Origin: Lama glama
Taxonomy: Eukaryota
Assembly: GCA_028534125.1 (NCBI GenBank)
Contig: CM052816.1
Span: 73,100,001-73,164,000, forward strand
Direction of reading: 5' to 3'
DNA length: 64,000 nucleotides
Every line of letters starts with the position of its first letter. Within the stretch, counting starts at the first letter, position 1. A program made the position numbers and the translations under genes. This document shows, piece by piece, positions 37,587 to 50,227 of the stretch. Below the pieces are notes generated by a model. It was not told the origin of the DNA. It did no database searches and worked only from the letters and a program-made list of their open reading frames with translations.

Positions 37587-38529
37587 TGATAAGCATTTTC
37601 AGGGAGAATAAAGGGGAATTTGATGGAAGAGAGAATCGGGGGAATATTACCCTATGTACAACAAGAAACCATGCAGTTTTTCTTTTTAAACAAGAGAGTG
37701 ATCTATTCTATTATTTGTTTTATGAAAGATTTGTATTTAATTATTCTCCTGTCCATTATTAGTTTCTTCTACAATGACCCTGAAATTATTTTCCTTGACA
37801 AAAAATCTAATGGCTACAATTAGATCAATAATTTCAACTTTTCTTAAATCATTCCATATATTTTTTATTCTTCCAATTGCAATATAAATTTTAAATCCCC
37901 CTTTTTATTGTATTTCTGACACCATAATATCTTCCATTAATCTCTGGTGTTCCTGAGGCCCCTCGGGAATCTAGTCAAGGCTGGCTCTGACTTTCTGCCT
38001 GTCAGGAGAGCACTGGTAGGTCTGCGATGTCCAGACCATCATTGAAGAGTCAAGCCAAACAAAGTTAATCCCCAGTTTTCTCTCTCATGGAATATTTTAA
38101 TAATAATCCTATCACAACTTGTTAGAGAAATACCTTGAGAAGTCAGGAAAATATTGTCTTGTGAGTATCACCTTGGCCCTTCATTTGATGATGTGTATTC
38201 TGGTGTCTCCTTCTATCTTCTGTCTATGAGCTTGTGGCCTCCTGATACACCTAAATTGACATCTTTGCCTTGGGGTCTTCCATTTCCAGCGTTGGTAGAC
38301 TGGAAAATTATTTTTTTAACCTATGAATCTTACATATTGTAGTGAGAAAGTCTTAGGGAAAATACTAGAAGTCAAAGGAATTTATTTTAATATTAGATAA
38401 TGTCCCTATTTAATGGAAAGAAGGAGCAAAGTGCAAGAGAGTAAGGGGGGAAATATATCAACCAGAACAGTTTTGACTTCTCACCCAAAATAGCCCTACA
38501 CATTTCCAACTGACCCCAAATTCAACAGT

Positions 38530-39345
38530 CGGTAGCAAATTTTGCAAACCTCAGCTCATTAGAGATGTTGACCTTCCTGTACTCTTTTAACCAATCCATG
38601 CTACATGCCTATATTTAGAGTTATTTGTCTTCCTTTTGGTTATCTGTCTTCCTTTTCATCTTCTGTGCATGTCTTTTAATGATCTGAAGACATAATAAAG
38701 TTCTTTGCATAGTTATGCCATTTTCTTCCGCTATCGACCTTCTTTTCTCCCTCATTAATTTGAAGTTTGCATTGTCATAGTTATATCGTTAGCACCTTTG
38801 CTACCTTCCTGAGCTTTCTTCTAAGCTTCCCATATCTGTGAAATTTTTGAATTTCTTCTTAGAGTACCTGTCTAATGGATGTCTCTCCCAAGATACTACA
38901 AATTCTTAAGAATGATATGGCCAGTTTTTCCAAAGTCTCTTGTCATTGGCACTTTATGAACCAAATTCTTCTTGCTGATCAAAATTAGGCCAAAAAAAAA
39001 AAAAAAGGATAGTTCCTATAATCACCTCCTTTGCCCTCTAGGGCATGAAAATATCAATAAGACCAGGCAAGAATTTGTCAGTTGTTTTGCTGGTGTGGAA
39101 TAGACTTCCAGAAGATGAACAGATTGTTGAAGTTTCTGTGTCCCTTCTAGAGCTTCCATTATAACAGTTTTGTGATTGGCTCAGATACACGTCACCTACT
39201 GATTTCCTCTAATTGGGCAGATAGCCATAAGTTTTTGCCATATCCAAATTACCTTTCCTATTCTTTCCCTTTATCTGATGTAAGTACACTCTCTAACTTC
39301 CAATCACATTGAGGCTTACAAATGTCTTTGCACAGTATACAGTTT
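38530..39345 (-). mobile_element. Ancient CR1 (L3) LINE remnant, ORF2 endonuclease and linker region
   Basis: Reverse strand retains decayed CR1 motifs: aacttcaac (GDFN region), gacaaattcttg (DKFL), ctaattttgatcagcaagaagaatttggtt (LIL..KEELV), catatcattctt (HVIL), aatgagctgaggtttgcaaaa (NELRLAK). Confidence 0.75.
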
Positions 39346-39970
39346 TATAGTAAAAAGTAATGTTTACCTTCACTTCTGATTCTATAATTAAGAATTTGGA
39401 GGAACTTAGTTAAATACATATAACCTAGAATAGTACTTGGCTCATAGTAGGTGCTCATTAAACATTTAATAAAGGAATATCACATTATGTGGGTGATTGT
39501 TTTCATCATTAGAAATTGTACTGCATCTCTCCAGCTTGCAACTCTGTTTCATGCCAAGCAGTCAGCATTGGTGTGCCTCTCTAATCATCCTGGAAGATTG
39601 GATTAATGTAGGAGATGGGATGACTGAACTCTGAAAGTCCCTGTAAAGAATGTTGCTATTGTCTAGCCTCAAATTCATTATTGGCATAGAGCTTTTAAAA
39701 TGGTTAGAGCAGAAAGAACTTAACCAATAGATAATATATGGAAATCAGTGGTAGGATGTGGCAATGGTTTGAATAAGGGATTACAAGAACGAGAGTCCTT
39801 AACCTCTCCGTGTGTTTAACTGGAAGGCAGACAAGATGATGCTGCCAGATTGATGGGAAGGTTAGTAGAGTGAACTGATGTGGATTGAAAAATCTAGAAT
39901 TTATTTTTAAAGCCACATTGCACTTCAAGTATCAGAAGGATATCTGATGAAAATAATAAAACATGCAGAT

Positions 39971-39976
<6 letters not shown>

Positions 39977-40003
<27 letters not shown>
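39977..40003. repeat. (TA)n microsatellite
   Basis: Direct reading. Confidence 0.95.
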
Positions 40004-40006
<3 letters not shown>

Positions 40007-41729
40007 CTCTATTAGGTAAAAGAATGTTCCAATAATGGATAGTTTCATTTACGCGACAGAATTCAGATTCTATTTGGTATGTTACCATGAATGGCAATAA
40101 CGGAGTATCTGTGGGTTAATAATGAAGAAACCTGTAACAAGTTTTAGCACTTCTAAAACATTTGACAGTTTTAGACTTTGGTTTTGCAGAATGGAGATAC
40201 ATGTTTCAAAGTCACACTCAAAATGCTCTTTTGAGCCATAGAAATGAAAAATGTAGATGAAGATTTCCTTGTTACATTAAAAAAAAACTGTACAAAGACA
40301 ATTGTAATTATAACTGTCCTGAACTAATTTCTATGTATTTCAAAAGAGAAATGACTAAGGTATTTGAAGATGCAGCTGGATGAAAACTTATTTCTCTACA
40401 AATATCATGGTAGGTACTTTCCTGAAATTAATTATTACCTGTAATAAAATTGGCCATGGTGTTTGTTTCTATGTTGTCTACGATGTCATTTTATGGCTTC
40501 TGTAAAAATTTCACCTGAAAAATAAATGCCTGGAAAAAATTACTTTTCTTGAGAATATGGTATGTTCTCTCATGAACAGTGAAATTTATATGAATAATCA
40601 TGTTGTGCTTTTAATCTTAACCATTACAAATCTCAGAGCTAAGTATATTACTGAAGTTGAATAAATTTCTAGAATTCTGATCTGTCTGTATTCCTGATTT
40701 TTCATTTTAATTAATATTTTCACAGGCACTTGACTGTGATTTACTCTTTAGATATTTAATTTTTGTGGAATATGCTATGCTATCTCAAGTCTTTTCTGAA
40801 ATGAGACAGGGTATAAGGGAAGAATGAAAGGAAAAAAGAAAGAAAAAGTGAAAGCAAGAGACGCTATATCAGAAAGCTGTGGATAATTTAAGAAAATTAG
40901 TTAATCAAATAGGCAGGCTCTATGGCTGTAAGAGAAAGTTCAATATCACTATAATTAATACCACTATACTACAAAAAAAAATTCACATTTCCAACTGCTT
41001 CCATCATTCTGTTCATCAAAATGCAAGAACTAAAATTATACATTCAAAAACTAACCAAAAAGAAGTTTCTAACATGTGAATTATTTACACTGATAATATA
41101 ATTTTACAATTCAATCAGGAAAATGATGAATGCAGTAAAAGAAATAATATTCTAGAACTCATTAAAAATACCAACGCATCTTTAACGTCAAATAATAAAA
41201 TACATTAATAGTCAACCATCTTCCCAAGTTTCTTTGAAATTTCTCTTTTGTAGTTTAGTAGCCACAGCATTGGAAGTATAAAAATTCTGCATATTCAAGT
41301 AAGAAAATTGCTTTAGAAGTTAACTCCAGGTTAAGTTTATCCCAGGTCAACTCCGAAAAAGCATCTATCACTCTAATTAAAGACAAATCTGAGAAAAGAG
41401 AATAAAAGAATATCCAAACATGTCCCCTCAAGTAACCAATTAATCTAAAGGTGGAAAAAATATCGTCTACACAATAATGAACATGAAATGTTTAATGTTG
41501 CTATCTAGGACATATAATAATAACATACAAGGTGGAGATTGTTTTCAATGTAGCATTTCAGGAAGAAAAAGACTCTTCTTCACCAAGAGGTTAGTATTCT
41601 AGTAATTGGCACAATTAAGCAATAAAACAAAACTTTTGATTAAATTATACACTAGATCACCTCTTATGTAATATATACAGCAACTTAGACTATATCCCAA
41701 GTCCCTTTAGAAAGGTCATTCACTTAGTA

Positions 41730-41774
41730 TTCATCCATTCATCTACCCATCTATCCATCCATCCATCTACCCAT
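41730..41774. repeat. Degenerate (CCAT)n tract
   Basis: Direct reading. Confidence 0.8.
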
Positions 41775-42821
41775 GTGGTAAGTATATAGCTAATACATAC
41801 CAAGCATTGTGTTATGCTTTGAGGGTAGAGCCATGAGCAGGTCTGACCGAATATTCTGTAATAGTTTTCAGAATCCACTATATAGTCTACACAGTTTGCC
41901 ATATATAAATATTTATAGTAAAATTTATAAATTTATTATCTTTTATGCAATTTTTATAAAAATGGTATTGTTTTTAGGTTCAAATTGTTTCAACATCTTT
42001 GAAAACCCACAGAAAAGGTTTTCATCCTCAACCTCACTCTATACAGATATCTAAGACAAGTACATCCTCCCTGACTATTTTGGTCAAGAGCGGTGGCCAG
42101 AGTTGGAAATTCAGTAAATAAGTTGTAGTATGCAGTAACCACATTATAACTAAACCATTCTTGATCTTCATTTCACAAAATATAAAATCAAACTATGGCT
42201 TTACAATTCTAATTTCACTCTAAATGAACATTAGCCATATGTGAAAGCTTGTCCCCAATTACATAAAGAAACATACTGAGTAAACTCCCTATATCTATTA
42301 GACATAATTAATTTTAAATAATCAAATAATTTACCACTATTAGTATCATAATTGGAGTGGTACTTTTATCTAAATTTAAGTTATTGTTTATTTCTTATTT
42401 TGTACTGCATTTCTTTAAAAGAGCAGAGAAGAAATGGGAAGAGGACCAGTAATCATTATCACTCTTCTATCCCGGCACTTTGCTAGATGCTTTATGTGAA
42501 TTATCTCAGTTTTATGGAATATTTAGTTTCATCATTCTATCCTCATCATGGCAGCAAGTATAATTATGAACTAGAAAGAGACATAATTAATCTTTTTAAA
42601 ATAAAAGAAATTACTAAGTAAATGGCACAATTTAAGATGTAGATAGGACAACTCCTGTGTCTTCCTAACTCTGTAGTCTTATTTCTCTCATCTTAAAAGA
42701 AACCACCTTTATCCCATGGTAGAATTTTATGTATTGCTACCCAACCATTCTAGCTGAAAGACAACTATATAACACAGAGATGGAAACAGGTAGAAAATAA
42801 TGCAAAGCACAAAAAATAATA

Positions 42822-43035
42822 CAGTTGATCCTTGAACAACACAGGTTTGAACTGCACAGATCTACTTATACACAGATTTTTTTTTTCATTAGATACATCC
42901 TACAGTACCACATGACCTGCAGTTGGTTGAATAGAAGAACAGTGTATCTGGAGGACTCACTATAAGTTACAACTGGATTTTCAACTGCGTGGAAGGTTGG
43001 TGTTTCTAACCTCCAGGTTGTCCAAGGGTCAACTG
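42822..43035. mobile_element. Tigger2-family MITE (Tigger2a/MER8-like, TcMar)
   Basis: TIRs cagttgatccttgaacaac / gttgtccaagggtcaactg, flanked by TA on both sides. Confidence 0.93.
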
Positions 43036-43087
43036 TATATTATATTGAAAATTCATAAAGAACTTTTTTATAAATGTCAACCCACCA

Positions 43088-43478
43088 TACAAGTTCGTTA
43101 GGGCTGAGGTAGCAAAACACCACGGACTGGGTAGCTTACATAAGAGAAATTCATTTTCTCACAGTTCTGGAGGCTGGAAGTCTGAGATCTATGTGTCAGC
43201 AGAGTTGATTTCTTCTGAGACCTCTCTCCCCTTCACTTGTGGGTGGCCACCTTCCCTCTGTATCTCCACATCATTTTCCCTCTGTATGCATCTGTGTCCA
43301 AATTTCCTCTTCTTATAAAAATACTCACTCCTATTGGATTAGAGCTCCCCTTACTTACTTCCCTTTAATCTAATAACCACCTTAAAAACTCTGTCTCCAA
43401 ATGTTGTCACATTCTAAGGTACTGAAGGCTGGGACTTCAACATATGAATTGGGGGCAGGGTATAAGTCAGCCCATGAC
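43088..43478 (-). mobile_element. MaLR LTR (MLT1B-like)
   Basis: ttctcacagttctggaggctggaagtctgagatc; tgtgtccaaatttcctcttcttataa; cagcccatgaca end. Confidence 0.9.
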
Positions 43479-44656
43479 ACCAGCCAAATACACCCAGCCT
43501 CAAAAATTTTGAAGTAGGAATTATTACTACAATTTCTTCATGTTACTCCTAGCTTTCCAACTAAAAAACAATGGAACAAACATATTTAACAAGTTGCCCA
43601 AAGCCTATCTACCAAGCGTAATAAGATCTTTAGTCTCATATGCTTAGGGGCAGGTCCTCCTGTCAATAACAAAATTATACAATTCTTTGAGAAAATTGAC
43701 CCCCACTGTGATGGGTTTTGCTTGTTTGTTTTGCTTTTGCCTTTTCTTTTCTTTTTTTTTTTTTTTGGCCAAAGTTATTGTTTGATAGGGCCATTTCCTG
43801 CAATAGATTAATAAGAGAAGAGAGAGCAGATATATTTATTTATGGATGACATTTTAAATTCATTTTTAAAATGCCAAGGTTAATCATTGTATTTTTCTAG
43901 GTATGTGATTTTTACCTCTTAGCAGATGGTGAAACTCCCTATAATTGTATTGAAGGAGTAGTTGAAGCAGATAAGTGACAAGAAAACTCCCAAGGAAATA
44001 TGCCGCTGAGAATTAAATGACATACTCTTTATACCTAGAAAATAACCCACTACCAGGAATGTTTTGTAGGAATAGAGCAATTAGTTCATTCTTCTGTAAG
44101 ATAATTTACTGATTATTTTAAAAATAGATCCCAAGATTTAAGTCTACCTATAAACTTTACAAGTGTGAATTTACTCAAAATTATGCTAAATGATATTTCT
44201 TACTTCAGAGAATAATCATTTCTTCCCAAATCATATCACTAAGTACAAAATTAAAAGATTACGTGTAATTTGTAAACTTCCAAGAGATATCGCTAGAGAA
44301 ATTAGAGGCAGTTACATCTATAGTGTGCCAGAACCATTACAACACATAAAATTATATTCAGAGATTTTTTTAAAATACATGAAAAATTTACTAAAATTGA
44401 GCTTTGAAGGGCAAATTACTTATTTTATTGCTCACTGTGGGAAACATCCATAGTTATGCCTCCCAGAATTGCGTATTCTTACCAAGATAACATATATTCA
44501 GAGATGCTTCAGGAGAGCTGTTTAATTAAAACTGGGAACTAGGTCGGAGGTTACAATGTACACTTTACTTGAAAGGGTTAAAGTCAAACTTCTCTTGGCC
44601 AGGTTTCTCCGTCAGTCCTTCCCATTTCCCACTTCCCATGTAATTCCATCGCTCCA

Positions 44657-44861
44657 ACCAGGGAGACATTTTATAACTTTTTTCTTCTTTTACTTGCCTC
44701 TGCCCCATGAAATTTTAATACCACAGGTATACCGTACATCAGTTAATATACTGTATCTACATTTGTGCATTATACATAAAATACAGTAAGATTTTTTTCA
44801 CCTCCTAAGAATAAATTTTTACCCCTTTGAGGGTGAAGATTACCCCTATTGGGAATGCATG
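44657..44861. mobile_element. hAT-Charlie MITE fragment (MER106-like)
   Basis: ccccatgaaattttaataccacag...ttgtgcattatacataaaa...ttgggaatgcatg. Confidence 0.5.
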
Positions 44862-45789
44862 AGTGACAAATAGCACATTGCCTGGCATAGAGTCAGATAA
44901 TAAATGTTTGATGTCAAACATTTAGAAGAGCATTTCTTAATATGGTCTCCACAGAAATCTCATGGAATCCTGGGTGGGCCCACCAAAATCATACGGAAAA
45001 AATTGATTCCTCAAGAATTATTCTAAGAAGAAGGTTCACAGCTTTCACTATATGAAAGCTAGTTCTAGAACTAGTTTTAGAATAAGAGGAAAGGGGATAT
45101 TTGTATGCTGGATATAACTGTTTATTTTCTACAGGACTGGAAATGTTTTTGTCATTAATTGATTTAATGCATTCTATGTACTAGTTTCCATTTTCCTTTG
45201 TTGAAATAACCAAATTCAATTTAGATCTTCAAATTTTTGCTGAGCCTTAACTCTGTGAGAATGGCTATAATATGTATAAAGAAACTGGAACACTGTCTTG
45301 AAGAGCTTTCTTAGAACAAGAGCTTTTGTCACAGGGTTACACTTTCAGTCCAAGTTCTAGCCTCATAGTTGCTGATAAGGTTACTAGAGACCTTTACATC
45401 CGTATTGGCGGTATGTGGGAAACTCTGGATCACATGTGAATTTACAAAGGCCTTTGAAGTCTCTGAGTGGAAAAGGAAGTAGGAACTCTTCTGTCTCTGA
45501 AGTGATTTAGGAATGTTTAAAATTTTAGGAACTTAGTAAATAAGGCAACTTATATGAAGCTCAAGTTGAAAAAGATGGAGATTAACTCATATTAGTGTAT
45601 TTGCCAGCAAGTGCTTCTAAGAACTCTTCCCAACTCCCAGGACTTTCGCCTGCAGCTCAAAAGGTTTAACTTAAGATGCAAGAGTAAGGGAAGGAAATAT
45701 GCTTTAATAGTATTTCTCAATCCAAATTTCCATTAGTAGTAGAGTAAGTAAGTAAATGATAAAATATCTTGCAGCAATATGAATGGCCT

Positions 45790-46136
45790 ACGACTACACA
45801 CAATAGGATGAGTGGATCTCACAAATATAATATTGAACAAACAAAATGTCAGCTACAGTTTTCATGCTTTATTAATCCATTTCTATAAATTCAAAAATAG
45901 GCAAAACTAACCTTTGGTGATAGAAATCAGGCTAGTAGTAGTTGCATTGTGTGTGGAGGGTGAGGGGTGACCAAAGAGGGCATGTGAGGGGCTCCTGGGT
46001 TGTTGGAACTGGTCTACCTCTTCATCTAGGCAGTTTTTACATATGTATATATACTATACGAAAATTCATTGAGCTTTACATTTATGACATATGCCGTTTT
46101 CTGTGTATTGTACTTCAAATAATTTACTTTTAAAAA
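45790..46136 (+). mobile_element. L1ME-like 3' end
   Basis: tggatctcacaaatataatattgaac; ttcaaaaataggcaaaactaa; aaaattcattgagctttaca. Confidence 0.85.
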
Positions 46137-46427
46137 ATACTAAAAATATTTCTTCAGCTTGTTGAAGTTTCCAAATAGACACTATATAGTGAATCAGGCT
46201 TTTTTCATATTTTTTGTATTAATAAAATAATACTTCATCTATAATGCATCTGTATGAGAAGTATATGTTCCATATTCAGGGTATTGCAAAAAGAGATACC
46301 AGTTTGAACCACAATTATAAAAACAGAAAAATCAAGTTCAGTGGTACCTTCTCTTACTTGAGAATCATTCCTAGTTACTCAATTTAATCCAGAATTCTGC
46401 ATTTAGAATAGATTTAGCAACTCCTGG

Positions 46428-46650
46428 AATGGCAGAGTGAAACATGCTAAAGCAGCTTAGAGCTAGGAGTCTGGACCAGACCTTGGGCAAGTGATTTCAC
46501 ACCTCCAAATTTCATTTAGTTTATTTGTAAAGTGAGGATAATAATAGTGCTCACTTAATATGATTGCCATGAGTATCAACTCAGATAATGGATATAAAGT
46601 CAGTAACCCAGTACCTGGCACAGTCTAAGAACCTTGAAGAAGTTAGCTAT
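46428..46650 (+). mobile_element. MIR SINE
   Basis: gaccttgggcaagtgattt...tgtaaagtgaggataataatagt...gtacctggcaca. Confidence 0.85.
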
Positions 46651-47147
46651 GGTGAGCAGCAATGGTAATGGATAACACCAAACTGAGTCAAATGCATCGA
46701 GGTTAAAAATCTTTTTTACTGATAATCTTTCTCCATTCTTCATGAAAAGTGCCTATATTTATCTTATTTTGTTCCTTATGAATCCTAAACACATTTTAAT
46801 TATGTTTTACCTCCAAATCTTATTTAACACCTGAAAAATGGACATGCTCCCTGCTAATCTAAGAAACCTCCAGGAGAACTACTGAATCTATTTCTAGTCT
46901 CTGCCTGGAGCATGCATTAGTAATGTTTCATCAGAGAAACAGCCAGTGTTCTTTTCCCAATCAGCTCAGTACCTGGGCGTGTTTTTCCAGTAGGTGTGAT
47001 CACCCAGGTGATTAAATTATTTTCTTGACTATCCTGATTCTCTCCCCGCTTTCCCCTTTGATTCCTTCATCCTAACTCATGAGTTGTTTCTATTTCCTTA
47101 CATTGTTTTTCTTTATCACAATGGCCATTGAGAGTTTCCAGGGCAAC

Positions 47148-47359
47148 CAGTAAGCCGTAAATGATTTAGCTCCTGGGCAGCGGGGCAAGGAGGCAAGGAT
47201 GACAGATGATATCCTGATTTGTAGCATTTGCTTATTTTTGCAGTGTGATACTTCTGCTGTGGTCTGTTTGAAGTGACCTACATAATTTTACTGAGGACAG
47301 AGTTGGGAAGAGATGCACACAGTGTGCTCTGTGCTCCAGCCAGCTCCAGCACACCACTG
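47148..47359. mobile_element. hAT-Blackjack MITE (MER63-like)
   Basis: gagttgggaagagatgcacac and terminus cagctccagcacaccactg. Confidence 0.7.
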
Positions 47360-47403
47360 TGTTCATTCAAATCTGAGCCCAGATGTTAACTACAAAAATT
47401 CAT

Positions 47404-47603
47404 TTACTATATATAAAATAGATAAACAACAAGTTTATACTATATAGCACAGGGAACTATATTCAGTATCTTGTAGTAACTTATGGTGAAAAAGAATATG
47501 AAAACGAATATATGTATGTTCCTACATGGCTGAAGTATTGTGATGTATACCAGAAATTGACACAACACTGTAAACTGACTATACCTCAATAAAAATATAT
47601 TTT
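47404..47603 (+). mobile_element. 5'-truncated L1 3' end
   Basis: Same 3' UTR as the other young copies; 10-bp TSD aaaa(a/c)ttcat at 47394-47403 and 47604-47613. Confidence 0.9.
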
Positions 47604-48887
47604 AAAACTTCATCTGTCTTCTTTTCCCTCATCCCTTCTTGCCTTCCATCCTGCCTTCCTATTTTTCATTCTCTCTCCCTCTCTCTTCCCCCTCCTCCCT
47701 TCTCCTTCTCTCTCAGTAGTTGGATCTTCTCCTCCTATGGAAGTCATCTTGAACTTGCTCAGACTATGTATACCCCCTTTCTCAGGGCACTGTATGGAAG
47801 CTGAACATGGCCACCCTATTGCAAAGTTCCTCAATTCACTAGCAATTTAAAATTTTTAATATGGCATTAACCCTCATTTGAAATTAATGAAATAATAGAA
47901 GTACATAATCTAACCTTAAACAAATGTTAGATTTCTAACAACATATGGTTGGCAAAATTTCCACAGAGACAAATGCAAGACTTTTGTTAGGAAAACGCTG
48001 GAAAACAAAGTTCATTTTTGCCTTTCTTTTCCCCCAGAACAGAGAGAATTGTCAGAAAAATCTCAAATGTTTTTCTAGTGTAAAAAACATTTATTCTGTT
48101 GTTTGGTATTTGAAGAGTTATTTTTGAAGTGAGAAAGATTCCCTTTGTGAATTATATATCAGAAAGTTAAAATCTAAATGAAATTTCTTCGCAGTACTAA
48201 CTGAATGAAGGCTTTATCTTAACCACTGTGGTAAGGGCAAATCTGTCTTTGCTTGTCTTCATTTTCTCAGATCTTCAAAAGTATCAGTCTATGGTCTTTA
48301 GATCTGTTGCCAGCATAACAGATTAGTCAGGACACTTCTATTTTTAAAATTAGGTCCCACACCAGCCTACAGTCTCCAAAATTGGTCCTAAGTTTTTGAC
48401 ATCATTCTCTGCAGAAATAAAACTACAGCTTTTCCAAGTGGTGCGCCAAAGCACACAAATCTGCCTGTCAGTGTCACACGCCATTTGAAAGCCTTCCTAA
48501 TTTTCAAATGATTGAAAAACTTAAAAAGAAAATGTTTCCCCTTAGCCACAATATGAAGTAAGAGACTGGAGACTGGTCATTGTATGTGTGTTGCTATTGC
48601 TATGGGGAGAAATCTCCTACAATAAATCAGTGTGAGGCTCCCAATGCAACGATTGTGCCCTAGTCATCTTTGGCTGTCTAGTTATTCCTAGGGAAGGACC
48701 TCAATCAATGTGGGAGGAAGTTAACTGGGTAAAAATTGTAATAGCTAACATTTGTCTGAGGATGTCGAATTTACATTTATTAAATCATTGTCTACCAAAC
48801 GCCATTACCTAATGTCAGCATCATTAGCTTTGTCCTTTTGCATATTTGCTTGTTAGGAAGCTTCATTTGTGGGTATGGAAGACAGTG

Positions 48888-48889
<2 letters not shown>

Positions 48890-48935
<46 letters not shown>

Positions 48936-48938
48936 ATT
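48890..48938. repeat. (TA)n microsatellite
   Basis: Direct reading. Confidence 0.95.
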
Positions 48939-48981
48939 TAACCTGAGATTCACTAGTTATCATTAGTTAATGGTTAGCAAG

Positions 48982-49085
48982 CAAGGCCAGAACTAGAGTA
49001 AAGTAAGAAAAGTACCTAGGGTGCAAAAGTTAAGGAGGCAACTACTTTCAGAGTCTTGCAGCTCAGGACCCTGGTCCTGGCTCTG
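48982..49085. mobile_element. hAT-Tip100 MITE (MER91-like)
   Basis: caaggccagaactag...cctagggtgcaaaagttaaggaggca...gtcctggctctg with imperfect TIRs. Confidence 0.65.
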
Positions 49086-49559
49086 TAATTAAATCACATT
49101 GGCAGAAAAATTCAAGTGGTATTGGCTATTATATCCAACACTTGCCAATGCAGGTTGGAGGCACAGGACAAATGTCCCCTCAATTACTGTTGCTAATCCC
49201 AGGAGATGTGTTACAAGTGGTTAGGAATAAACTCACTACTACAGAGACAACTCTCAAAACTTTCACCATGCTTTGTTGTAACATGGGGAAGGATTCACTC
49301 AGTGTTTCCAGGCATTGCTACTTGTGTTTCAAGTCTTACTGAGGGTTAATGAAACCACTTTCATAGTCATCATTCACAAACCTCCTGCTGTCCTCTGGAC
49401 TTGAACATGAAGTTAATGCAATCAATCAGGACAGCAAACAAATACCAGGGGCAGGTCTTCTACTCATTAGAGTGATCCACTTTCTGATTATCCAGAAGTG
49501 GATTTCTTAGTCATCTCTGTTCTGGCTCTGTCATTTATGATAAAATCTCCCTCTCTTTT

Positions 49560-49680
49560 TAATCCACCCATCCATTCATTCTTCCACTAACCTATCTATT
49601 CAACAAATACTTATTGAGAAAAGTCTATGAGCCAGGCACAGTCCAATGAGTGTTGGACAAGGATTTTATCACCTTCTTGG
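49560..49680 (-). mobile_element. L2 3' fragment
   Basis: attcaacaaatacttattgag...ctatgagccaggcac. Confidence 0.7.
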
Positions 49681-49883
49681 AAGGCTATTAGACTTCCACA
49701 CCCATTATCCAGACCTGTCTGAATCTCTATATTCAATTTGAGATCCCTGCTTTAGTGGTACAAAAGAAATGGTTATGTAAAAAAAGAAAATAGTTATGTA
49801 AAAAAAAATTGATGATAGCAGTCCTGTAAGCTTCCATTATATAAGATCATCTCTCAATAATCTCTGAGAAAATATATTATCTT

Positions 49884-50012
49884 CATATTTTTATAGGGGA
49901 GGAGGTAATTAGTTTTATTTATTTACTGATTTTTCAAGTGGAGGTACTGGGGATTGAATCCAGGACCTTGTGCATGCTAGGCAGGCACTGTCACTGAGCT
50001 ATCCCCTTCCCC
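49884..50012 (-). mobile_element. Camelid tRNA-derived SINE (Vic-1 type)
   Basis: ggaggtactggggattgaatccaggacc...cactgagctat; perfect 13-bp TSD aatatattatctt at 49871-49883 and 50013-50025. Confidence 0.93.
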
Positions 50013-50061
50013 AATATATTATCTTTATTTCAAAGATTTCCAATCAGTTTAAGACTAGGGG

Positions 50062-50147
50062 ACGAAGGGAGGGTATAGTTCAGTAGTAGAGGGCATGCTT
50101 AGCGTGCACAAGGTTCTTCATCATTAATTAATTAATTAATTTAAAAA
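50062..50147 (+). mobile_element. Internally deleted camelid SINE
   Basis: gggagggtatagttcagtagtagagggcatgcttagc head, (ttaa)n/A tail; TSD aaga(c/a)tagggg at 50051-50061 and 50148-50158. Confidence 0.85.
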
Positions 50148-50227
50148 AAGAATAGGGGGACATGAAAAGGCCCAATTAACTGTATAGTGTCTATAGTGTC
50201 TAACTTCAACAAGCTAAATAAATATTT

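Noticed and set aside
37880..38380. Possible continuation of the CR1 or another old repeat
   Set aside because: Could not read diagnostic motifs; left unassigned pending a Dfam search.
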